Origin: an uncultured Gammaproteobacteria bacterium
GTDB taxonomy: Bacteria; Pseudomonadota; Gammaproteobacteria; UBA6429; Thiohalophilaceae
Direction: 5' to 3'
NCBI GenBank assembly: GCA_913064945.1
Contig: CAJYAN010000008.1
Location: 7,440 to 71,439 of the forward strand
Length of the DNA: 64,000 nt
Below the pieces are notes generated by a model. The model did no database searches. It was given only the letters and a program-made list of their open reading frames with translations, and was not told the origin of the DNA. Position 1 is the stretch's first letter, and each line of letters begins with the position of its first letter. Of the stretch, positions 44,408-53,534 are shown one piece after another. Position numbers and translations under genes: made by a program.

Positions 44408-44869
44408 TCAACTGCTGACTTTAGCCGTGCGGCGTTTTTTGGCACGACGCTTCTTTTTTGGTTTATTGAGTTTTTTATCAGCTTTTTCGATTACGGAAAT
44501 ATAAGTCGCCGCCTGTTTGAGAGCGGCTTTTACCGCTTTCAGTTCTTCGGCATTGCTTGCGGCAGCAGCGCGGGCCTTCTCACCAGCCTTTTTCACCATT
44601 GCCAGTTCTTTGGTCACAGAAGCAACGGCCTTACGATTCTCGGCGTTCGGCGTCTTCTTTAAACGTTTGGAGGCGGCTGTTTTCTTTTTGGTTAAGACTG
44701 AGCGCTTTTTAGAAAGACGCTTGCTTTCGGCAACCAGCTTTTTTCTATCTTTTGAAAGTGAGCTATCGGCACTTGTTCCATCAGCAACGACGGCGGCTAG
44801 ATTCGCTGTCGCACCTTGAACGAGATTTGCGAGTGAAGCAGCTTTTACAATTTTTTTTACTTTTGCCAT
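44408..44869 (-). CDS. Lys/Ala-rich highly basic protein (histone H1/AlgP-like composition)
   Basis: 153 aa dominated by K, A, S and R. The tail is KLNKPKKKRRAKKRRTAKVSS. No hydrophobic core is visible. The ATG has an AT-rich upstream region. Confidence 0.6.
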   Translation of the reverse strand: MAKVKKIVKAASLANLVQGATANLAAVVADGTSADSSLSKDRKKLVAESKRLSKKRSVLTKKKTAASKRLKKTPNAENRKAVASVTKELAMVKKAGEKARAAAASNAEELKAVKAALKQAATYISVIEKADKKLNKPKKKRRAKKRRTAKVSS

Positions 44870-46129
44870 AATTGGGCCAACCTTAATTTATTATAAAAGC
44901 CGAGTTTAGCACAGTTTTACGGGAAGTACAGGAAGACGCTGCGGACGCTATTCTGGAAAAATCAGTACCGTAATTTTGACCGACATCAGCGCTAGATCCA
45001 TGACAATTCGGTCGTGAATTTGTTATGAAAAATGTTTTTCAAAAATGATTTTCAGGCAGCGTTTATATTAAAAAATCTTATCTCACAATCATATGTCGAG
45101 GTATTTGATTGGAAGTAACTTGATCGATTTTTCGCTTTATTCTGTCGACTAAAATACGGTAATCACATCGCCAGACCTTGCGTGTATGCTGCACTGTTGT
45201 GAACAAGTGCAGTCAACATCACATGACGCCTACCCTATCCGCTGCCAGCAGGAGGAGTTGAGTGACGGTCACCATTGAGAAAATCACGAAATCAGCGGAA
45301 CCTCTTTTCACCACGTACGAACTAATACCGGGATGAATACACGCTGTGCCGCCTGTCAGTCATATAAACCACGCTTGAGTCCGCGTTAAAAACAATAGTG
45401 AGCGCCATTCTCACGGACGCAGTTTCTGTAAATGTTAGCCGAACAGGATTGCTGCTGCTGCCAATGATGGCAATCGATGGAATGTCTGTCACGCCGCTGG
45501 CTGGCTAATGCGATCATGCCCGTCAATCTTTATACTCAATAGCAACCCGTTAGAGAGGTCAGGCTCGTCGTTGGTGGGAGTGTCCATTACCTCAGGTGGA
45601 CAACGCCCAACGTGGGGGTCACCCCTCGCAGTCAGACGTCGGCTATTCCCCTCCCTGGAATTTTCTATTCCTGGCTTTCAGCCATACGATGACGATCAGC
45701 TCAGATGTGACGAATAAAGCACCCGACATGTGCGTTATTTCAGTCCCCTTGAACACGATCTGTGAGGTCGTTTTGCTGTCCTGCTCGTCTGTTAAAGCTA
45801 AGTGAAGCGAGGCTGCCTCGGTCCAGGCCATCACACCGCCTGATACTTTCAGGCTCAGCCGGGTTACACCTCGGACTGGCAGGCATCGACGGTAAATGCG
45901 ACCTCGGCCGGATAAGAGGGCCAATGAGCCTTGTGCCTGGCCGTGTCTTAAATTTATTAAAATAAAGCTGGCTTATTCCTTATTAATCCTGTATGGTACA
46001 TCTCAGTAGCAGTTTTTTCTAGTAGTTCCGGCAGCACCTCTCGCAGTGAATTCAGCAGACACTCCCGAAATTTCTCAGCAACAAGCTGTCAGCTAATCCA
46101 TTGTTTATTAATTATAGAGGTTTCTCAAA

Positions 46130-46333
46130 ATGGCTACAGGTTCAGTTAAATGGTTCAACGATAGTAAAGGTTTTGGTTTCATTACACCGGCAGACGGTAG
46201 TGCGGACGTTTTCGTTCATCACTCCGCCATCCAGATCAGTGGTTTTAAATCACTGGCGGAAGGTCAGCAGGTGTCTTTCGATACTGAAGCCGGTCAAAAA
46301 GGCCCCAGCGCTGTCAATGTTGTTCCCCAGTAG
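46130..46333 (+). CDS. cspA: Cold-shock protein (CspA family)
   Basis: 67 aa. Contains the RNP1 motif KGFGFI and the RNP2 motif VFVHH, in the sequence [17 protein letters not shown]...DVFVHHSAI. Confidence 0.95.
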   Translation: MATGSVKWFNDSKGFGFITPADGSADVFVHHSAIQISGFKSLAEGQQVSFDTEAGQKGPSAVNVVPQ

Positions 46334-46360
46334 AACTAACTGGTAATTATTACCAGGAAG

Positions 46361-46389
46361 AGCCCCGCACCCATGCGGGGCTTTTTTTT
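46361..46389 (+). terminator. Rho-independent terminator after cspA
   Basis: The sequence agccccgca-ccca-tgcggggct forms a 9-bp GC-rich stem. A T8 run follows immediately, 28 bp after the stop codon. Confidence 0.85.
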
Positions 46390-46495
46390 AGCAATTCTCA
46401 GGAGGTGCATAACCATCTCTTTCAGAACGAAACATCATTCCCATTAATGAACCAGGCGATGACCTGCTCACTACATGCAGATAAAGGAACACGAT

Positions 46496-46717
46496 ATGGC
46501 AAAAGAAGAATTAATTGAATTTGATGGTGTTGTTACCGAGGCACTCCCCGATTCACGCTATCGAGTAGAGTTAGAAAATGGTCACAAGGTTTTCGCCTAT
46601 GCCGCGGGCAAGATGCAGAAGTTTCGCATTCGCGTTGTCGCCGGTGACAAGGTCAAACTGGAAATGTCACCCTACGACCTGACCAAGGGGCGCATCAGTT
46701 TTCGTTATAAAATATAA
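46496..46717 (+). CDS. infA: Translation initiation factor IF-1
   Basis: 73 aa from [32 protein letters not shown]..., the classic IF-1 S1-fold sequence. The track ORF starts 21 nt earlier. Confidence 0.95.
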   Translation: MAKEELIEFDGVVTEALPDSRYRVELENGHKVFAYAAGKMQKFRIRVVAGDKVKLEMSPYDLTKGRISFRYKI

Positions 46718-46779
46718 ACTACCTCCTGGCCTGGATTCACCAGCTTGCCAGACCATGGCTTGATTACTATTCCGCATCA

Positions 46780-47226
46780 TTAAAGCCGTGGACCACCGCG
46801 GCGGTTCTTCAAGCGACTCATCAGGGTCTTGCAATCTACACTTCGCACGTCCTCTTTGCCAAACAGGTGATTAGCGCTGAACTGTTCCAGCATAGCAATA
46901 TCCTCCGTCAGGGTATGCATATGCAGGCTTTGCATATCATTCATCACATAAAGGCTAACAACTTCCGGCTGTGCCGCCAGCTCCTGGGCAATTTGTTTTA
47001 TACTCTGCGGTGCCACCTTGACATCAAAAAACGCCGACACTGCCTTACCCATTTTTTCCGGATTGACGACGGCAGTAAATTGTTCAATCACACCGTCATC
47101 CATGAGTTTTTGCACGCGCTCACGCACATGGGCGCGTGAGACGTTCAAACTACGGGCAATTTCCGCAAAGGAATAACGCCCATCTTTTATCAATAGTCCC
47201 AGTATTTTGGTATCCAACGGGGTCAC
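46780..47226 (-). CDS. Lrp/AsnC-family transcriptional regulator
   Basis: HTH region YSFAEIARSLNVSRAHVRERVQKL followed by a RAM-type C-terminal domain. The track start at 47232 is a TTG abutting the SD. The GTG at 47226 has AGGAG 6 nt upstream. Confidence 0.88.
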   Translation of the reverse strand: MTPLDTKILGLLIKDGRYSFAEIARSLNVSRAHVRERVQKLMDDGVIEQFTAVVNPEKMGKAVSAFFDVKVAPQSIKQIAQELAAQPEVVSLYVMNDMQSLHMHTLTEDIAMLEQFSANHLFGKEDVRSVDCKTLMSRLKNRRGGPRL

Positions 47227-47646
47227 AGCCAACTCCTAATATATGTAAGGCAATCCTTGTATTGCAGTAACCTTCATTGAGCAACAATCATACCAGTGGG
47301 TGAAAGCCAACAATCGTAAGCACATTACATACATTTGGATAATCCTGCTGCCAGTTCAACGGGCATGAAGATATTTTTTTGCACGGAATTGGTGCTATAT
47401 AAATTCTGGCTAAACTACCGAATGTCAACTCTCAGTCCGTGGCGTCTACCGATTGGTATGGAATTATCGATATTTCGCCAAACAAATATACCTGAATAAC
47501 TATTTTTGTTGTCACTTTCTAACAGATGTTTACTTTTTTCGGTTTGAGCTAGTTGAGTGCAAATATTTTGTGATTCAAATGGTGACAATACGTCACAAAA
47601 CAAATTACTTATTTTAATTCAATTGGTTATTCAATCATTTTGTTGC

Positions 47647-47662
47647 TGGCACGCTAGTTGCT
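47647..47662 (+). promoter_or_regulatory. Sigma-54 (-24/-12) promoter of the TRAP-GGT-TauE operon
   Basis: TGGCACG-ctag-TTGCT matches the TGGCACG-N4-TTGCW consensus exactly. It lies about 90 nt upstream of the dctP-like ATG, in an otherwise AT-rich 520-bp intergenic region. Confidence 0.65.
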
Positions 47663-47751
47663 CTGTGCATGAGTAGTACGCTTGTCAGTAGATGCCAAAC
47701 ATTCGGTTGAACAAGTGTTTAGTCACTATAGAGAACTAACCAGGAGACATC

Positions 47752-48849
47752 ATGAGTATAAATCGTCGCAAGTTTCTTACTACCGGTCTTGGTGCTGCCG
47801 CCACGGTCGGCACCATGTCAGTGCCGTCAATTGTCAAGGCTGAAAGCAAGAAGACCTACAAATTTAAAATGACCTGTGCCTATCCAGGTGGCGCGCCTTT
47901 TTACTCAACCGGACCGGGCAGTGCAAAAGATTTCATCAAGCGTGTCGAGACTATGTCCGGCGGTCGCATCAAGATTAAATTCTACGCGGCGGGTGAATTG
48001 ATTCCAGCCCTGGGCGGATTTGATGCAGTACGCCAGGGTATTGTCGATATGAACTGGGGCAATGCCTATTTCTGGGCAGGTAAATCCTTCGCAGCGCAGT
48101 ACTTTACTGCCGTACCGTTTGGGATGGATGCCTTGAGTATGAATGCCTGGTTGAGCCAGGGTGGTGGGCAGGCATTGTGGGATGAAGTCTATGCCCCGTT
48201 TGGTCTCAAAGGTCTGGCCGTCGGTAACACTGGCATGCAAATGACGGGCTGGTTTCGTAAACCCATCAAGAGCGTTGCTGATTTTAAGGGCTTACGTATG
48301 CGTATTCCGGGTCTTGCCGGCAAAGTGTATGAAAAACTTGGCGTCAGCGTCAAATTATTACCCGGTGGCGAGATTTTCCCTGCTCTGGAACGTGGGGTTA
48401 TTGATGCTGCTGAGTTCGTTGGTCCCTACCAGGACCGCAAACTGGGGCTGATGAATGCCGCCAAATACTATTACATGACTGGTTGGCACGAACCCTCTAA
48501 CGTCAGTGAATTGCTGATGAACAAGAAAACCTGGGAGAGCATGCCGGCAGACTTAAAGGCAGTAATTGAAAATGCTGCCACCGCCTGTAATGAAACCAGT
48601 TTCGCCTGGTCCAACGCCAACAATGCTGAAGCTCTGCAGGACCTGGTGAAGAACCATGGTGTTAAGGTAGATAGTCTGTCAGACGAAATCATCGAGACAC
48701 TGCGCAAAGTTACCTTTGAGACCCTGGATGAACTGACGGCAAAAGACCCACTGGCGAAAAAAATTCATGAACATTACTTTTCCTTCAAAGCCAGGTGTGA
48801 TGAGTGGCTTAACATTAGTGAAGCCGTCGTTCTCAATAAAAATTTGTAA
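47752..48849 (+). CDS. TRAP transporter substrate-binding protein (DctP family, Tat-type signal)
   Basis: 365 aa. Twin-arginine leader INRRKFLTTGLGAAATVG...VKA. DctP-family body. SD sequence AGGAG. Followed by the Q and M subunits. Confidence 0.88.
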   Translation: MSINRRKFLTTGLGAAATVGTMSVPSIVKAESKKTYKFKMTCAYPGGAPFYSTGPGSAKDFIKRVETMSGGRIKIKFYAAGELIPALGGFDAVRQGIVDMNWGNAYFWAGKSFAAQYFTAVPFGMDALSMNAWLSQGGGQALWDEVYAPFGLKGLAVGNTGMQMTGWFRKPIKSVADFKGLRMRIPGLAGKVYEKLGVSVKLLPGGEIFPALERGVIDAAEFVGPYQDRKLGLMNAAKYYYMTGWHEPSNVSELLMNKKTWESMPADLKAVIENAATACNETSFAWSNANNAEALQDLVKNHGVKVDSLSDEIIETLRKVTFETLDELTAKDPLAKKIHEHYFSFKARCDEWLNISEAVVLNKNL

Positions 48850-48858
48850 CGCATAACG

Positions 48859-49434
48859 ATGAATGACATAGTAAACGAGCCTGCCGAAGTATGTCTTTCT
48901 GACGTACGCGTGTCGCATGGACCCGGGAGCAATCGTGTCGCCCGCAATATCGATCGGGCAGTGGCCTATATTGGCAAGGTCACTGCCTGGTTGACATTGT
49001 TGCTGGTCGTCCTGGTTGCCGGCGATGTGTTGTTTCGTTATGTCTGGCATGTCAGCTCAGTCGCCGAACAGGAATTTGAATGGCATATCCTGGCGGTCAT
49101 CGCCTTGATTGGCTCCAGTTATACCCTGCAACAGGGTGAACATGTGCGTGTGGACATTTTCTACCAGCATTTTAGTCAGCGCGTAAAATGCTGGATGAAT
49201 GTCCTGATGCCGGCACTCATTATTGTACCCACCATGCTGTTTATCACCTGGTTGTCGATAAAGTTTGTCGGTATGTCGTGGGAGGTTGCCGAAGGGTCAC
49301 CAGATCCCGGTGGTCTGCCTGGACGATATGTAATAAAGGCTTTTATACCGATCGGTTTTTTCCTCCTCTCTCTGCAGGGCATCGCCATGACACTGGATGG
49401 TCTCAGACAATTAATATCGCTGGATAAAAGTTAG
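48859..49434 (+). CDS. TRAP transporter small permease (DctQ family)
   Basis: 191 aa with four predicted TM helices. Positioned between the P and M subunits with gaps of 9 bp and 3 bp. Confidence 0.85.
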   Translation: MNDIVNEPAEVCLSDVRVSHGPGSNRVARNIDRAVAYIGKVTAWLTLLLVVLVAGDVLFRYVWHVSSVAEQEFEWHILAVIALIGSSYTLQQGEHVRVDIFYQHFSQRVKCWMNVLMPALIIVPTMLFITWLSIKFVGMSWEVAEGSPDPGGLPGRYVIKAFIPIGFFLLSLQGIAMTLDGLRQLISLDKS

Positions 49435-49437
49435 ATC

Positions 49438-50760
49438 ATGGAGAATGAAATACTTGCCATCATTATGGTGGTGTCATTATTTGGCCTGATCCTGGGTGGC
49501 ATTCCGGTCCCCTTTGCACTCGCCGCCAGTGGTATCATTTTTGGGCTGGCTGGTTTTGGCCTGGATCTGTTTCACCTGTTACCACTGCGCCTGTTTGGTG
49601 TTGTTACCAATTACTCACTGTTGGCGATCCCGCTGTTTGTCTTTATGGGTGTGCTGCTGGAAAAATCACGCATGGCAGAACGCATGCTCGATGTGATTGG
49701 CCATATGGCAGGCAAACGTGCCGGCGGCATGGCCATGGCCATTATCTTTGTCGGTGTCCTGATGGGTGCAGCTACCGGTATTGTGGCCGCCACCGTTGTC
49801 ACCGTTGGTTTGATTTCGTTACCCACATTGCTACGTCGCAACTACGACCCTCGCCTGGCTTGCGGCACCATCTGTGCGTCAGGCACGCTTGGTCAAATCA
49901 TTCCGCCAAGCCTGGTACTCATTCTGCTGGCGGATATTACCGGTGAATCCGTCGGCACCCTGTTCGCCGCAGCGTTACTCCCCGGCTTGATGTTGGGCGG
50001 TCTGTATATTGGCTACGTTCTCTTTAAGGCCTGGCAAAGCCCGCACAGCATGCCACCGATACCATTCAAAGAACGCGACCGGGTGAGTAAGCTGCAATTA
50101 TTTTTTCAACTGTGCAAAGTTGTGGTACCGCCGTTGACGCTGGTTGTGGCCGTACTCGGTTCGATCATTGGCGGCGTGGCGGCACCAACCGAGGCTGCCT
50201 CGATGGGCGCCTTGGGGGCGTTACTCTTAGTCACCCTGAGCCGTCGTATGAACTTCAAGGTTTTAAAGCAAACCGTTGAAAGCACCTTCAAGATCACCGG
50301 CATGACCTTATTCGTCCTGATGTGTGCGCAGGTCTTCAGTCTGAGTTTTCGTGGCCTCGGTGGCGATGACCTGATCGATCAGCTGTTCGAATTTCTGCCC
50401 GGCGGTATGTGGGGTGGTTTGATCTTTATGATGGTGCTGCTGTTCGTGCTGGGCTTTTTTCTCGACTGGATCGAAATCAGCTATATCGTGTTACCCTTGA
50501 TGCTGCCTTTCTTCGTGAATCAGGGTGTTGATATCATCTGGCTCTGTATGTTGGTCGCGATGAACCTGCAAACCTCTTTCCTGACACCACCCTTTGGTTG
50601 GTCATTGTTTTATCTGAAGGGCGTGGCTCCACCTGAGATCACGACAGGCGATATTTACCGTGGTGTAATACCATACATTGGTATCCAGGCCTTTGGGCTA
50701 TTGTTAGTCATCCTGTTTCCGGCAATTGCGACCTGGCTGCCTAAAGCAATTGGCTGGTGA
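49438..50760 (+). CDS. TRAP transporter large permease (DctM family)
   Basis: 440 aa polytopic membrane protein with DctM-type sequence (LLAIPLFVFMGVLLEKS..., GTLGQIIPPS). Confidence 0.9.
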   Translation: MENEILAIIMVVSLFGLILGGIPVPFALAASGIIFGLAGFGLDLFHLLPLRLFGVVTNYSLLAIPLFVFMGVLLEKSRMAERMLDVIGHMAGKRAGGMAMAIIFVGVLMGAATGIVAATVVTVGLISLPTLLRRNYDPRLACGTICASGTLGQIIPPSLVLILLADITGESVGTLFAAALLPGLMLGGLYIGYVLFKAWQSPHSMPPIPFKERDRVSKLQLFFQLCKVVVPPLTLVVAVLGSIIGGVAAPTEAASMGALGALLLVTLSRRMNFKVLKQTVESTFKITGMTLFVLMCAQVFSLSFRGLGGDDLIDQLFEFLPGGMWGGLIFMMVLLFVLGFFLDWIEISYIVLPLMLPFFVNQGVDIIWLCMLVAMNLQTSFLTPPFGWSLFYLKGVAPPEITTGDIYRGVIPYIGIQAFGLLLVILFPAIATWLPKAIGW

Positions 50761-50768
50761 GGAATACA

Positions 50769-52394
50769 ATGTCAACAAAACATATCTACAGTGAAACCCA
50801 TGGCGGTATGGCCGTAGCACCCCATGCGAAGGCAGCAGAATCGGCCGCCGCGGTACTGGCCGAAGGTGGCAATGCCATTGAAGCCTGCATCGCCATGGCC
50901 GCTAGCCTGGCGGCCGTTTATCCGCACATGACTGGGCTTGGCGGCGACAGTTTCTGGTTAGTGCATGAACCCCATGGTGAAGTACAATCGATACTGGCCT
51001 GTGGCCGCAGTGCCGCCAATATCAATCGCCTGCAGTACCTGGCAAACGGTGACAGCATTATTCCCTACCGCGGTAGTCAGGCGGCGATCACTGTTGCAGG
51101 CACGGTCTCTGGCTGGCAACAGGCGCTTCATATCAGTCAGGACCAGTGGCATGGCAGACTACCCCTGTCACGCCTGCTCAGTGGTGCCATTAGTTACTGT
51201 CGAAATGGCTATAGCGTGACAAACAGTCAGGCCCTTGCCACCAGCAGCAAGCTGGAACAACTAGAAAGCCAGGTCGGCTTCGCTGATGTCTTTCTTGTCA
51301 ATGGAAAGCTACCCGCCAGTGGTGACCTGCTTAAACAAACTGCACTGGCGAACACGCTGGAACACCTGGCGCGAGTCGGCCTGGATGATTTCTATCAAGG
51401 CGAGCTGGCGGAGAGCATCGCCACGGACTTAGCCAACGTCGGCAGCCCGCTGACTTTCGATGACCTGATCACACACACGGCGCAGCTTGCAACACCATTA
51501 CAACTGCGCACCGCCACGGCGAACCTCTATACCACCCCGGCACCGACACAGGGGGCGGCAACCCTGATGATGCTCGGCCAGTTTGCCCGTCGACCCGAAG
51601 GTATTGCGACACACGAAGACGTCGATACCGTACACTGGCTGGTCGAAGCAACCAAGCAGGCCTTCATGGTACGTAATCGTGAAATTCGTGATCCGCAACT
51701 GATGGCGATTAACGCCCAGGACTTACTTACCGATACGCAGTTAAGCAGTATGGCCGCGATGATCGATCCACTCCGGGCAGCTCCCTGGGGGGTGCCCAGC
51801 AGCCCTGCTGACACGACCTGGTTTGGCGCGATTGATGCCGAAGGGCGTTCCGTCAGTTGCATTCAGAGCATTTATCATGAGTTTGGTAGTGGTGTTGTCT
51901 TACCTGCCAGTGGCATATGCTGGCAAAATCGTGGCGCCAGTTTTTCACTACAGGCCGGTCATCCGCTGGAACTCAAACCACGCACGCTGCCATTTCATAC
52001 ATTATGCCCTTCCATGGCCCACTTTGATGATGGTCGGCGCATGGTCTTTGGCACCATGGGCGGTGATGGCCAGCCACAGACACAGGCCATCCTGTTTACC
52101 CGTTATGCTGATTACGCACAGCCCCTGGCCGAGGTTATCGCCGCACCGCGTTGGGTATTAGGTCGTACCTGGGGCGATCATTCAGATAATCTGAAAATGG
52201 AGGCACGCTTTGCTGCGGATTTGATCGCGGAACTTCGCCAGCGTGGTCACGACCTGATGTTGCTCGATGACTATGATGAAACCGTTGGTCACGCCGGCGC
52301 CATCGTTCGTCATGCGAATGGCCGGATCGAAGGTGCCTCTGATCCTCGCAGTGATGGTGCCGCTGTCTCTAGCGATGCGTCGAGCCCTTCATGA
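50769..52394 (+). CDS. ggt: Gamma-glutamyltransferase family (Ntn-hydrolase) protein
   Basis: Candidate autoprocessing/nucleophile context PADTTWFGAIDAEGRSV, and GGDGQPQ near the C-terminus. I chose the ATG at 50769 with GAGGA upstream. The track GTG at 50757 overlaps the dctM stop. Confidence 0.85.
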   Translation: MSTKHIYSETHGGMAVAPHAKAAESAAAVLAEGGNAIEACIAMAASLAAVYPHMTGLGGDSFWLVHEPHGEVQSILACGRSAANINRLQYLANGDSIIPYRGSQAAITVAGTVSGWQQALHISQDQWHGRLPLSRLLSGAISYCRNGYSVTNSQALATSSKLEQLESQVGFADVFLVNGKLPASGDLLKQTALANTLEHLARVGLDDFYQGELAESIATDLANVGSPLTFDDLITHTAQLATPLQLRTATANLYTTPAPTQGAATLMMLGQFARRPEGIATHEDVDTVHWLVEATKQAFMVRNREIRDPQLMAINAQDLLTDTQLSSMAAMIDPLRAAPWGVPSSPADTTWFGAIDAEGRSVSCIQSIYHEFGSGVVLPASGICWQNRGASFSLQAGHPLELKPRTLPFHTLCPSMAHFDDGRRMVFGTMGGDGQPQTQAILFTRYADYAQPLAEVIAAPRWVLGRTWGDHSDNLKMEARFAADLIAELRQRGHDLMLLDDYDETVGHAGAIVRHANGRIEGASDPRSDGAAVSSDASSPS

Positions 52395-53206
52395 TCGAGG
52401 CGCACGAACTGTGGTTGCTAATACCATTGCTATTAGCCACGGGTATTTTTGCAGGGATCCTGGCCGGGCTGCTGGGCGTTGGTGGTGGCATTGTGATTGT
52501 GCCGATCCTTTTTCATCTGTTTACAGCCTTTGGTGTTGATACGACACTCGCCATGCCGCTTTCCGTCGGTACATCGTTATCAACCATTGTCCTTACCTCC
52601 ATGGTCTCTGCGCGCAAACATTATGCCCGCGGCGGTGTGGACATGGATCTGGTCAAGACCTGGATTGTACCGGTATTGCTAGGTGTCATGCTGGGTTCAT
52701 TCGCGCCAGTGGTCATTAACGGTACGCATGTAAAAACGACTTTTGGTATTATGTTGATTGTTGTTTCTGTTCATATGTTAGCCAGCAGTTTCTGGAAGGT
52801 AGAGTTATTTCACAAACTACCGCCACGTTCTGTCCAGTTCCTGCTCGCCGCGATGCTGGGTAGTCTCTCGGCACTGCTTGGTATCGGAGGTGGCACGTTG
52901 ATGGTGCCGTTACTGACGCTGTTTGCATTTCCGATACATCGCGCCATCTCCACCGCCTCGGTATTTGGCCTGATTATCAGCATACCGGCTACCGTGATCT
53001 ATGTGGGCAATGGCTGGCATATTTCCGGCTTACCACCACTGTCCACCGGCTATGTGAACTGGGTTGCATTTGTGCTGCTGGTACCGATGACCATGTGGTT
53101 TGCCCCGTTCGGCGTAAAACTGGCCTACCGTCTCAATGTGCCGCACCTAAAACGCACCTTTGCTATTTTTCTATGTCTTATTGGTTTGAAAATGTCATTG
53201 TTCTAA
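52391..53206 (+). CDS. TauE/SafE-family (DUF81) anion permease
   Basis: 271 aa with about 8 TM helices and duplicated GxxGxGGG segments (GLLGVGGGIVIVP, LLGIGGGTLMVP). Its start overlaps the ggt stop in an ATGA junction. Confidence 0.85.
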   Translation: MIEAHELWLLIPLLLATGIFAGILAGLLGVGGGIVIVPILFHLFTAFGVDTTLAMPLSVGTSLSTIVLTSMVSARKHYARGGVDMDLVKTWIVPVLLGVMLGSFAPVVINGTHVKTTFGIMLIVVSVHMLASSFWKVELFHKLPPRSVQFLLAAMLGSLSALLGIGGGTLMVPLLTLFAFPIHRAISTASVFGLIISIPATVIYVGNGWHISGLPPLSTGYVNWVAFVLLVPMTMWFAPFGVKLAYRLNVPHLKRTFAIFLCLIGLKMSLF

Positions 53207-53534
53207 ACCAGTGCAGGCAAAAACAAAAGTAAACCATGATGATTTATGGCTTAGTTGGTTTGTCTTTGTTAAATACCATTTTAATCCTGCAACATCTGTG
53301 GATGTTGACTCGCTCAACGCTGTGGCTGTTCGCTATAAGTAGTTCTACGAAGGCAAGCGCACAACGTTTACTGCTATCCTTTTCGCCATTTAGTTAATTG
53401 TATCTGCCGGCATGCGCCGTCGGCGCCAAAGTTCACCAGGACATGAACCCGGTAGCAGTTTTGTAGTCATATACTTATGCGATATTAGTGATATATTATT
53501 TAAAATTACAGTGTATTCAACGATTCTCTTTTGA

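Noticed and set aside
45500-45950. I checked the GC-rich non-coding core for RNase P RNA, tmRNA, SRP RNA and common riboswitches (TPP, cobalamin, c-di-GMP, Mn, fluoride).
   Set aside because: None of the invariant strings I know are present on either strand. Examples are GGAAAGUCCGG for RNase P, the tRNA-like CCA end of tmRNA, and the SRP GGAA tetraloop context. Only a weak 6S-like resemblance remains, and it is reported as a finding.
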